This document shows, piece by piece, positions 38,454-50,248 of a stretch of DNA of 64,000 nucleotides. The stretch spans positions 767,690 through 831,689 of the forward strand of contig CM082595.2 in NCBI GenBank assembly GCA_040954595.2, written 5' to 3'. The notes below the pieces were generated by a model. It was not told the DNA's origin. It saw nothing but the letters and a program-made list of their open reading frames with translations, and did no database searches. The position numbers were made by a program, and so were the translations under genes. Within the stretch, counting starts at the first letter, position 1, and every line of letters starts with the position of its first letter. The DNA is from Balanoglossus misakiensis (lineage: Eukaryota > Animalia > Hemichordata).

Positions 38454-41400
38454 TTAAACTTGCATGTAATTGGGAGTAATTTCATCTAGATCGACTGTCG
38501 AAAGTGTCTGATTATCCTGGATTCCTGCAGCTGCGCCTTCAACTATCTGTTGCTGTTCTTGTTGCACTGCATGTGTTGCAGCGACCGCTGCAGCTTCAGC
38601 TTGAGCTAGCAACTGCTGGGCAGCCTCGACTTCATCAGCGTACTCGACACTGTGTTGCTGTTGTTCGTCGGTGTATTCCATGCCCTGCTGCGCTTCACTG
38701 ATGTACTCCACGGTTTGCTGTTGCTGCTCTGCATGCTGCTGCTGTTGATCTGCATATTCCACGTTCTGCTGCGGCTGTTCAGCAAACTCCACACTCTGCT
38801 GCTGCACCTGCTCTGCATACTCTACGGTCTGTTGCTGCTGCTGTTCTCCGTACTCAACATTCTGCTGCAGCTGTTCAGTGTACTCCACGTTCTGCTGTTG
38901 CTGCTCAGTAAACTCGACATTTTGCTGCGACTGTTCCGTGTATTCAACATGTTGTTGCTGCTCTGTGAACTCCACGCCTTGCTGCGACTGTTCAGCATAT
39001 TCGACATTCTGTTGTTGCTGTTCCACGTAATCCACTTTCTGCTGCGTCTGCTCAGTGACATACTCAATACTTTGCTGCTGTTCGCTGTAGTCAACACCGG
39101 CCTGCACAGCCACTACGTCCTGCTCAGAAAACTGCTGTTGTTGCTCCTGGGTCACCTGCTGTGTCTGCACGTGAACGTAAGCCGTTGTCGCACCACCGAC
39201 CTGCTGTTCGGCAAACTGCGCACCGGACACGACTTGCACTACTTCAGTGGTGCCGCCTGTTGGCTGGATGACGTTGCTGACAACCGACTGCACTGTTTCT
39301 GCCGGGAGCTGCTGCATGACCGCTGCGATGGGCTGACCGGCGCTGGTGACTACTTGTACGATGTTGCCGGCGTTATCCCCAGTGACATGCTGGATGATGC
39401 CGGCAGCTACTTCCGCACTGGAGATGGGAATGTGTGTGCCATCAATGATCTGCACATGGCCACCCTCAGCCATAGCTCCTTCCAAAGCAGCAACTGCCTC
39501 TGCACTGAGAGCCGCATCCGGATTATTCAGACTGGGATCTGGTTCGATGACGACCTTCACATTCTGTCCCTGGATTCTCACAGCTTTTTCCATCGGCCAT
39601 GGAACCTGGAAAAGTTTTGAAGTAAGTGTCACAAATTATACAGGGTATACTTCTGTGGAATACTTCAGTAGTAAACACATATCAAAACATCACACTATTG
39701 AGTCTTTCTTTCCATGGATGATGTAAATGTAACATTGTTTCAAGAGCTACCTTTATGGTGACTGTCTCTTCAATGGGTGGGCCCATATCCAACTCTTCAC
39801 CTTTTGCATGATGCTTCTTCTCATGACCTCTCAGATAATCACTCCGAGTGAAGGAATTACCGCAGAACTTGCATCGATACAGTTTGGCTCCTACAAAATG
39901 GTAGAAAGAATAATGCCCAAGATGATTTATCACATCTTTCATATCACCTAAGTATGACAGTGGTGGTGTTTGACTTGCTATGGGTAGGAGTACATTTGAA
40001 TGTTTCATAAGTCATATAAGTAGCAGCATGTTACACTTACCAGTATGATAGATTAGATGTCTCTTATAGTCAATCACCGCGATGAATCTCTTATTACAGC
40101 CAGGCTTGGGACAAACATACGGCGCTTCACCTTTATGGCGACGTTCATGATACGATCGGGAACTGCGACGACTGAATGTGGCTGAACAGAAGCGGCATTC
40201 GAGTTTGATCTTCCCACCTGGAATATCAAAGGATTTACAAGAAAATGTTATGACGGAAAATAGAAATAGACTTCCAGAGCCATATCGACTAAAATAAAGC
40301 GATGTGATGGTTTTGTCAGGGTTCATCATTATGAATCAATTAATTTGCAAGGCTGCACATTCATTTCAATCAACGTGAATAACCTTGCTCCATGATCATT
40401 TAAAGCAAAAATGTTCCCATCACTTACTGGCTGTGTGCATTTCTATCTTGTGGTCTCTAAGTTCTGGTCTCGTCTTGAAGGCCCGTCCACAAACCTCACA
40501 CAGTTCATTTTTCTCAGCTGTATGTGTCAGTAGATGCTCTTTCAGTTTGCTCAGCTTCACCCATCCTTTACCGCAAATCTCACAGCTGAACGGCCTGCAA
40601 GTAAAGGAATAAAATTGAAATATCTGGAATCTGGAATGCCAACAAAATGGTATTCTGATTGACTCTCGCTGATGACAAAACTTAGAGATCATCACAATAC
40701 ATGTATGTGACACGATGATCAGACTCAACACATACCTGTCTTCTGTATGTACTCTCTGGTAGTGGTATGTCATGGTTGTCTCCGATGCATAGGCTTTGTT
40801 GCAGTTAGCAATGGGACAAACATAAGCCCGACTGGGGTTGATGTCATGAGCTTCTTTTAAATGTACACCACGTTCCTCTGCAATGAAATTAATGAGAGGA
40901 ACATTTCATGGCATTAGTAGTGAACACCAATCATGTATTTATGATGTGCCGATGTTTCTTGAAAAGTAAATACTATTTTGGTAATTATGGTGAAAAATCT
41001 CAATATATTCCTGGTTTGTTGTCTGGATACACAGTGAGACAGTGATGAGATCTTCCTACCTTTGGTTTTAAACACAAGATCACATGCTTGCTCCGTACAT
41101 CTGAATGGTTTCTCCTTGGGATGGTATTTCTGGATGTGATTCTCCAGTCCAGCCTGTGTGAGTCTCTTACCACAGTAGTCACACTTGAAAGTTGGCTTGC
41201 GTGGTGGGCCTACAGTGGGAAAAACCAGTTGTGGATGGTTGCATATGTGATTACGTGCAAATGTGTCATTAAAGTGGCCATTAAATATTACATTTAACAC
41301 TGAACAAGTTATAAAAAATACTTAAGCCGATGGATTAAAAAATCAAATTTTCACAAGGAATAAATTGCAGCTTCCTTACCATCACCAAATATTTTCTCGT

Positions 41401-44095
41401 GTTTTTCTAACATTTGCATTGATCGGAAAGCCTTGTGGCAGTTATCACAACGAAACTTCTCAGCCTGAAGTCGTTCAATTTTGGTCAGTTCTTCATGCAT
41501 CTTCAAATGGTCTTCATAGGGCGTGATATATCTGAAAGCTTCATAGCACACCTTGCAGACAAAGATAGCTATGTTGTTATAGGTATGCTTGTCTCTGTGT
41601 GCTTCCATCCACGATGCGGTCGGAAAAGATCTCTCGCAGTACTCACAGACAAACTTAATCCTTTCATCAATGGTCGGAGGAATGCAGTCATCTTTTAGTT
41701 TTCTGGCGTTCTCGTGAGTGGTGGCGTGTTCTTTGATCTCCTCCAGATTGCTGAAATCTTTCTCGCAGGGAATACACACATACAAGTTCCCTTCTGCATC
41801 TCTGTGTTTAGTTCTGATATGCATAACCAGCTCACCCAGATTGACAAATGTACGGTCACACTCTGCAGCTCCACAGCTGAACTCCTTTTCCTCAAAGTGT
41901 CTCTTCTGATGCTCTACCAGTCCTTGCTTTTTCAGGAACCGTTTGCCACACTCTTCGCATTCATAATCATAATCACTGTAGCATCTTCGGCGACCTCTCT
42001 TTCGTCGCCGACCTCGTCTGGACACCCTTCTAGGAGGAGGCAGATCAGCCGCATCTTCCTCCTCTAGGTTGGCATCGTCATCCCCTTCACCCTCCTCACC
42101 GCCTCCCTCCTCTCCTTCTTCACCGCTCTCTTCAGCATCATGAGTCTGCGAATACCCAGTGCCACAGTCCTGCCTGTGCTTCATGAAAGACAGCGATGAT
42201 ATGAACACTTTGCCACACTGTGAACAGCGGTGCGATCGTTTCCCTGGCATCTCCAAATACGACGTGTCAGCTTTCACTCTGGGTTTCTGTTTGCGTCGTT
42301 TACGTGGTGGCTCCTGCATGACTTCGCTCTGGGCGGCCTCTCCCGTGTTTCCGTTGGCGTCCTCCACGGAGAAGTCACCCGCACCGATGTCGGAAATGCC
42401 GGACACACTGTTGTCCGGGGTGGCATTTTCTTCAAAGAATGCAGCCAGGGTCATTTCCCCAGAGTCCGGTAATACCATACCACCATTCTGGTTATCTGCT
42501 ACCACTCTCCCCATCAGGGCATACTCCATACCTGTAGGTATATTTTTGGTTACCTTCAAAATAAGAAAGCAGGATAAATATTTAATGAGGCAATCTGAGC
42601 ATCCCCACATCTACCTATCATGCACCCTCACACTAGCCTCAGAAAATGTCTGAACTCTTGACAGCACTTGTATAAACTGTTTTGTGTATATAAATGTAAA
42701 AACTTATTACCCTAAGCTTCGTATCTGTACACTCTTACAGAGCAGAGTTATTTTGCATCAGTGTTTGTAATTGATGTACCATGTATTAGACAGAGAATAT
42801 ATTTTGGTGTGTGCTTATCAGTTTTATACCAACCTCTAAATAGAAGTGATCACCACCATCTATCAGTCTCATGTTTTGTTCATTTTCCATATAGGTCGGT
42901 TTTATAAATCTCATCCAGGGGGGCAAAGATGTATCACTACATTCGATGGCATAGCCTGGATTTCCAAAGCCGTCCGACAACTGGAGAAGAAATGAGGAAA
43001 AGTGTGTTAACAATGTACATGTAATGTTAGAATGGCACTGTAGGAACTCAAACAACTAAATGGAAAAGGTACAACGTAATCTCCAAAACAAAATTACCTT
43101 CCAAATCCCCTCTGAAATCTTTTCATTGGGTGATAACTCTCTGATGTTCCCTTTGAATGGTCCATAACGAAATCCAGTTTCAATATCTCGTTTGGCACAA
43201 ACGATAATATATGCATTATCTGAAAGAGAGTTACACACATTTACTTTTTTTACTTGAAGTGTCTTGGTTGTTAGATGATAGTTGAAATTGACAGATGATG
43301 ACAACATAAGGGGAGAACCATTATGATTTGATTTCTGCATACACCCCCCCCCCACCAAATCCTCGCTCCATCCCCAGAAATCAAAAGGTTTCCCCCTAAT
43401 AACTGTGTAATCTTTTTTAATTAGTAAATTGTCATAGTAGAGATCTTGAAATTGAAGTGAACCCCAGCCTGACGCCCAAGTTCATATGCACAGCAGTCGT
43501 GAATATTGTGAAATATATTTAGACAAGAGTGTGTCTATAGTCGCTTTCCTGAGAATAGTCAACTTTCATGTAAAGTTAATGTTCATTTCAGGAGGGGGGG
43601 GGACATGTAATTACGTAACAAAGTCTTGAACATGAAATGCGACGAAGGTGGTCCGTGCGTCACTGCTGAAATGAACACGTTTCCAAAAAGAAATTGATCT
43701 CGTGGGCAAGTTTAATTCGAAAACAGTTCATCAGTAAACTGGAGTACGAGGTATGCGCATAAACTAACACATGCTTGCGTAGGTCAACTACGACCCATAT
43801 AATGAAAAATTCGCGCGTTCACTTGAAACATCTGTACACGAGGATGTTCTTTATAATACTAGGGAAAATTTACCCGCTGAACGAGCCTGGGAATCACCCC
43901 CAACAGACATGGGCGAGGATACACAAGAATAACGCACATTAACCACCTGAAATTTGCCCAATTTTAACAACACGTCGTCATAGAAATATTTTAAATTGTA
44001 GAAACAAGTCACAAATGTTCTTTAAATGTATAATTGAGGCCCAATTTTGCTGTAACTTGTGAATTTGAAAACTACTCACCGTTTGAGGACGCCAT
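38454..44095 (-). CDS. PR/SET-domain, multi-C2H2 zinc-finger protein (PRDM-like) with Gln-rich C-terminus; ~11 exons
   Basis: PR/SET-like IVCAKRDIETGFRYGPFKG and PWMRFIKP..EQNM; acidic and Arg-rich linker; ~15 C2H2-type fingers across ORFs 39682-42610; last exon ~39605-38454. Start ATG GCG TCC TCA AAC G|gtgagt at 44095-44080 is in phase with the next exon (alternative at 43910). PRDM subfamily not assignable by eye. Confidence 0.85.
38630..39100 (-). repeat. Coding minisatellite, ~30-bp unit encoding VE(Y/F)xEQxQQx, ~15 copies
   Basis: VDYSEQQQS, IEYVTEQTQQK, VDYVEQQQQN, VEYAEQSQQG, VEFTEQQQH, VEYTEQSQQN etc. in ORF 38454-39632. Confidence 0.85.
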
Positions 44096-44331
44096 ATTTC
44101 TTCTCTTTTTCCCATAGTGCATTGCGCGCATTGCCCGTTGCTCGATTATCTTATTAAATACCCGTTTTTGAATTATTTCAATGAAAATTCATCATACGTT
44201 GGGAAATATTTATATCAGGTGAACCGCAGATACAAGTTATCATACAAATCTGCACTTGTCGACGAAGAGATACGGTTTTGAGTTCTTCGGAAATCATCGG
44301 AATAGTTCGCAATTGATCGTCAGAGCTCAAT
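44096..44331. promoter_or_regulatory. Probable bidirectional promoter between the PRDM-like gene and PSMB6
   Basis: Divergent ATGs 236 bp apart; both lie in an aatATGGCG (YY1-like) context; tgcgcgca (NRF1-like) near 44123. Confidence 0.6.
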
Positions 44332-46132
44332 ATGGCGGCCACCATGATGTACCCCGGCGGAATGACAGACTCTGTAAATGCAGCGAGTTTTGGGACGGAA
44401 GATTGGCGTACCGCCGAACATATGACAGGGGTATGTCTTTAATGTGTATTGATTGCGTGTTGAAACGCTGTAGTTGATTGTGCTACGATTTCCAAACTTC
44501 TGTTCATCATTAAAATGGTTCAAGTGACTTGCATCTTCTCCGGTTAGCTGTAACAGTGCCTTAGCTTATGTATAAGTATAGGATCTGGTTCTCTTAGTGG
44601 ACACGACTATACCCCATGGCAACGATACCATGGCAATGAGGGTGAGTTAGGGTTAGGGTTAGGAGGGTTAGGGGTGGCAATGTGAGGGTGAATTTAACCC
44701 TAACCCTAACCCTCCTAACCCTAACCCTAAAAAACCATATTATCGCCCGTGGAGTATAGTCGTGTCCACTAAGAGAACCAGATCCTAAGTATACACAGAT
44801 CACTTTAACAATGAAGATTATTGTCCCTATGTATATTGTGGCTGATTTAGAGACAAGTACATGTAGTATGAAATTTCACTAGGGTTATATCCGATGACTA
44901 TTTCCCCCCTCTTACGCAGACTTCCATCATGGCAGTGGAGTTTGATGATGGTGTTGTGATTGGTGCTGATTCAAGAACAACAACAGGGTAAGACTGAAAG
45001 ATCATGTCAATTGTACTGCCAGGCGACTGAGGTGGCGAAGGTTAACATCAGGGCATGGCAGTATAAGTGACAAGATCCAACTGTCAATAGGCTTGTCAGT
45101 TATGATTTCGAATAATTGTATTCAACAAGTGAATTTTTGCTGAGGGTTATGCTAACAATAACATTACTGTTTTCCTTGCAGTGCATACATAGCTAACCGA
45201 GTGACTGATAAGCTGACAAAAATACACGACCGTATTTACTGTTGTCGTTCAGGTTCTGCCGCTGCAACACAAGCTGTAGCGGACATCGTCTCCTACAACC
45301 TTAGTTTCCATAGGTAGGTATTTGTACAAGAAGTACGTATGACTTACAGTATTATACATATTCCATGCAAGAGTCATTTGTATGTACATACAGCAGGTTC
45401 TGAGATTTGCTTTGTGTTTCTACCTGACAGTGTAGAAATGGGTGAACCACCCTTGGTGAAGACGGCAGCCAATTTGTTCCGAGAAATGTGCTATAATTAC
45501 AGAGATGAACTCACAGCTGGTATCATATGTGCTGGCTGGGATGAACGGGAGGGGGGCCAAGTAAGTAGCAATCATCATCTGCATGTTCAGTTACGTGTGA
45601 ATCAATTTGTCAATGGATTCAAATGTTGTGGAGACCAACCAATCACAGCAAGCCTGACAAATTCACTTCCAATCTGTTAAATGTTACGAACACTTCTATT
45701 TGCAGGTTTATACCATTCCTCTAGGGGGCATGCTACTAAGACAACCATTTTCCATTGGTGGTTCTGGCAGTACATACATTTATGGTTATGTGGACTCAAC
45801 GTTTAAAAAGGGAATGACTAAAGAAGAATGCTTGAAGTTTACTGCAAATTGTAAGTATATCAAAGTTGATACTTTTATCCAGCATATTTCCACATTACTC
45901 TCAGCCATTAAGTATAGCTTCCAGTTTTACCGTGTGTGAACCTGGTACACTGGTTGTGTAAATATTTGAACTAATGTTTTCTCTTCTTTTTATCTGTTGT
46001 ATAGCTCTGGCTCTTGCAATGAATCGCGATGGCTCCAGTGGAGGAGTGATCAGATTGGCTGCTATAACCAAAGATGGCGTGGAGAGACATGTTATTTTAG
46101 GAAATGAACTACCAAGGTTCTATGAAGGATAA
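44332..46132 (+). CDS. PSMB6: Proteasome subunit beta type-6 / beta1 (exons 44332-44430, 44920-44987, 45182-45313, 45431-45560, 45706-45850, 46005-46132)
   Basis: Propeptide ending HMTG|[63 protein letters not shown]; Thr1, Asp17, Lys33 and Arg45 present. Confidence 0.97.
44581..44785. mobile_element. 205-bp MITE with 32-bp perfect TIRs, 8-bp TSD and internal inverted TTAGGG tracts (PSMB6 intron 1)
   Basis: TSD taagtata at 44573-44580 and 44786-44793; TIR ggatctggttctcttagtggacacgactatac and its exact reverse complement at 44754-44785. Confidence 0.92.
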
Positions 46133-46718
46133 CAACTTTTTGTATAGTTTTTCTCGAGTTTCTTTTTCAAATGAAATCCACAGAGAAGATATTCATATTT
46201 AAGTTTTTCACAATATTTGTTATTTCTGTTTGATCTTCAATCTGCTCAAGTCCTGTATGGTGGACAAAAAGAGTGACAAAACTTTCAATTTAGTGGGTAC
46301 ATTAAAAGAGAAGACATACAGTGTGTAATTGCATTGGAAAGAAAGATTTTGAACATGTAACACCTGCAACCATTGTTGATGAACAATGATATCTCTCTGA
46401 ACATGTTTCCAAATAAACTACATAGTAAATACATTGGATGTGTGTTGGCTTGATGTGTTACTGATATCTCTGAACTCTACATTCTCTAGACCACTGAAAC
46501 CTACTGGCAGTGGTATCTTGGATAAATCAATACATACATGCTACCAACTTCTTACAAAGCAAAGTACACTTCAAACTTGATGGAATAGATTTGACAGCCA
46601 ACCGTTTTTCAAAAGCAAACTGGGTCAGTTTTTGCATGCTTAAATACTTCCCTAGAAATTGCTTATACAGAAAGAGTCTATAGGATATTGAGTGTATAAT
46701 GAGTCAAAGTTTGTAGGG

Positions 46719-49239
46719 TTATTTTGTACAAACGGCACAAGTAAGTTCATATCCATTGACATATGGATCACAAGGCAGGCCACCAGTTGATGTACAGATT
46801 CCTTCAGTTGGAAACAACATGGCACCATCCTGACTTGTTCTTGTTCCTGGCCTTGGTTCAGCATGCTTGTCTACGCAGATAAACTCTGTGCGTCCTTCGT
46901 GGGCATAATGTGAAGCCATCAGATACCCATAATATTCTCTCGTCCAGGACTCGGGACAGACATTTCGGGCTGGAATCATCATGACAGTTGATCTCTCAAT
47001 GCGACAAACAGCACATGGTGGATCGTGGTCATTAAGACCAGCCATTGGGGCATAGGAACTGGTTTGGTATTCACCTCCGTACAGCCTAGCCCCTAAACCA
47101 TGTACCCCAGCGACAGGTTCATCGTATATTGGTTCTAAAGGCATACACAGGTAATTGGCACCACTACCCTTGTGTGCATAGTATCCACCTCCAATCACAC
47201 CTGTTGATAAGACATAGACGAAGCAAAGTTAGAAATGAGAGGAATCTAAACCCTGCAGACAAGCTATTTGAGATTAATATTTTAAAGAATATACTAGTAT
47301 TTATAACCAAATTTACTCTTTACTATAAACACAAAAGCAATTCTTCATTACAAGGAATGCACACACATACACACCTTCATAAACCAGCTCTGCAGAATCA
47401 GGACATTCTGACAAACCCCAGTGTATGTACACATTTCCCCCACTGCCAGGGGCATCCACATTGACAACTTCTGGTTGTTGTGTCGTTTCTTCTGCCCCGA
47501 GGTGTCTCGCGCCAATCATTCCAGGGATGACCGCTGGACCTGGTGGGCCAGGGGGTCCGGGAGGGCCAGCTGGACCAGATTTCCCTGGGGGACCAGGTGG
47601 GCCTCTCAAGCCTGTAGTGCACAGAAAATAGAATCATCAGGGTTGTTGTTAACTACTGAAGATCATGGAGGGTTGGAAAAGGGATTATTTTTTCGGCAAG
47701 CAAGACCTTGGTGGGCGAAGATGGGAAATTGGACTTCAGATGATGACAAGTGAGGAGATTGCACGTGGAGGACAGCTTACCCATCCCAAGACTTTGTCCA
47801 TCTTCTTCTTGCAAAAGGCTTAGTAAACTGGTGGATGTGCAGTCACGTCCATCTCGACCATCACGTCCATCACGCCCGGGCAGACCAGGAGGGCCCCGTA
47901 TGGATGACATTCCTGGAGGAGACACACCCCCGTTGTCTGTTGTGTCAGGGTTTCCATGATGTCTATAAACCGCGTCGTAAAATTCTGCAATTCTGTCAGC
48001 TGTTGTTTGATTGACATTGGTGAAAAACTGCAAAGGGTCAAGCTCTGCAACGAATTATCATAAAACATTAAAGTGACACGATATTATTGCAAACAGTGAT
48101 TGAAAACACGAACACCCATTCTTATTGTATTAAATTTCAACAGTGTCACATACTACACCCTATAACCCACATAACAGATTATGTTTCAGTCCAGGGGATA
48201 GATTTTCGCTGTAGTTTTGAAAACAAATAGCGATAATAGAGAATTCAGATTGTTTAGTAAGACTTTCTAATGAAACATAAAGTGAGTTCCAATTAAAATG
48301 TTTGGGTGCGGCATACAACATTTGGAGTGAAAAATACCAGGAAAAGATGGTCTTGGACGTGATGTTAATGAAAACAAGCTGGCAATTAAACTCCCTGTTT
48401 CCTTATCACTTCTTTGAAAACAAATATACTCCCCGCACTCGTTAATAAAGCAAAGTATAACAGTTTGGAGGACCATCATTGTTAATTCAAATTAGCCCTG
48501 TCTTCACTATAATCTTACACCCAAACACTATTGTTCAGTTTATGTGAGTGACTTCAAGCAGATGCTAGTTACATCACAATTTCCAGCAAGGGGGATCAGG
48601 TTTCATTGGGCCAGACTAGCTACCTCAGAGATCCGAAGCAAAAGTATGACTATGGAAGATTCTACAAGTTTCATACGTACGTGGTTGTACGTCACGCTTT
48701 CTCCTCAATTTCTCCAATAGTCCTGTGGGCTTTGAATTTTCCACGGAAGTTTCTTCCGGCTGGTCCTTGTGGTAGTGTTTGAGTCTTGCAACATCAATCT
48801 GAAATCATGGAATTAAGTATTTTATTGGGCCTGTCCCGAAACGAGTTGACAGAGTACGGTCATCGGATGGATAGATGGTGGTGTCATAGACTATAATGGT
48901 GAACAGAAGGAACAGATAGGATGAATATGTGTGATACGAAATAATATCGGAAGACATTAATATAAACTGTGGACAAAATGTTTCCTATGATACAATAATA
49001 CTCATCATAACTGTCACTGGTTGATGGGTAATAGTTACTGCCATTTTGCAAATATTTGAAAGAAAGGACAGCTGAATCCTAACCTGCAATATGTGAACTG
49101 TTTCCTGCAGCTGAAGAAACAATTCCTGTTGCAATTCAATTGCCGAGAGAAGTTCCCGGAGACTGGGTTCAGCTCTCGGCTCTTCCGCTGACAGGAAAGC
49201 GATTTGTAGGGAAAACAGGAGAATACAAACAAACTTCAT
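46719..49239 (-). CDS. Secreted short-chain collagen C4-like protein (5 exons)
   Basis: Signal peptide [18 protein letters not shown], coiled-coil-like segment, RRKR furin-like site, short Gly-X-Y runs ([15 protein letters not shown]; [22 protein letters not shown]), C-terminal domain VYIHWG..CP / [15 protein letters not shown] / [25 protein letters not shown] / ELTCAVCTK. Confidence 0.88.
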
Positions 49240-49312
49240 CTTCACGCTTTAGCTGGTTAATCTTCAATGTCGTGCTGTCCAATGGCATAACATGCGTCCT
49301 CAACCGCCTTTC

Positions 49313-49406
49313 TTATAATCACCACAGGGAGACTGTTTCCCAGTTTTAATGAGCAGAAGAGTGTGGGGCTTTCCCACACCTAAACTTTGAAGACCCGGGT
49401 TTTCCC
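49313..49406 (-). promoter_or_regulatory. TATA-like box plus two Rel/NF-kB-like sites upstream of the collagen-like gene
   Basis: TATAAG on minus strand near 49315; GGGGCTTTCC at 49365-49374; GGGTTTTCCC at 49397-49406. Confidence 0.5.
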
Positions 49407-50248
49407 ACGAGCTAAGACCTCCCACACGGGGAAATATATATTTGATATGTCTTATCGGTAAAGAATGAGGAAGATTGTGAAATTTATCACCAATGACGTT
49501 CGTGTCACGCAAATCCATCAACAAGAATGAAAGTGGGGATCATTTGACTTGCAAAAGTGTGTGATCATCCATTGCCGGAAAAATTCACAGTTTACAGAAT
49601 CCTAATTTCTATGACAGGATAAGGAAATTCGAATTCAGTCAGTGACGGAAACCGGACAGACCTGAAACAAGCTATTAAATATTGGCCACAGACACCGAGA
49701 AACTGAATGATGAGACAGATATATTTATATCTTGTTGAGGCAGTACATATACTTTGTACAGCCTTGTACTATCTTCACACACCAATGACCCGTAATGAAC
49801 TTTCAAAGGAAAGACATTCAAGAAATATGAGACGATGTGGCTATCGGTTGCTATGTCAATTTGTTTCAAGATCATGTGTCTAGATTGAAAATTTAACTCT
49901 AAAACTTGTTCTCACACTTTTTATCATTAAGACAACTTAAGCTTCTCCTCTCTTAAAATGTTCTTTAAAATTGGACGACACTGTGCACAATTTCGGATGA
50001 GAGCAAAATGTTCTCGAATTCAAAATCAAAATGGCCACTCTGTGTTAAGCCTGAATAATGAAACCATGGGGGTCGTAATGGGGGCGATAATGTAACATCA
50101 AACCATTTCAATACAGAGATTTGACAAGAAAGTACAAAATTATACATACCGGTATTTTTAATTTAATGACTTTATTTTGGGTTCAGTGAGAAATAATCAA
50201 AACAAAACAAAACAAAAAGAAATTTTTCTTCATCTGGTGAATGGGTGT

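Noticed and set aside
38652-39620. 322-aa Leu-rich plus-strand ORF (similarly 59468-59947)
   Set aside because: Antisense shadow of CAG/CAA-rich coding sequence on the minus strand.
44647-44730. Head-to-head TTAGGG/CCCTAA as a telomere-telomere fusion site
   Set aside because: Enclosed by TIRs and a target-site duplication inside an intron of an intact gene; better explained as a MITE.
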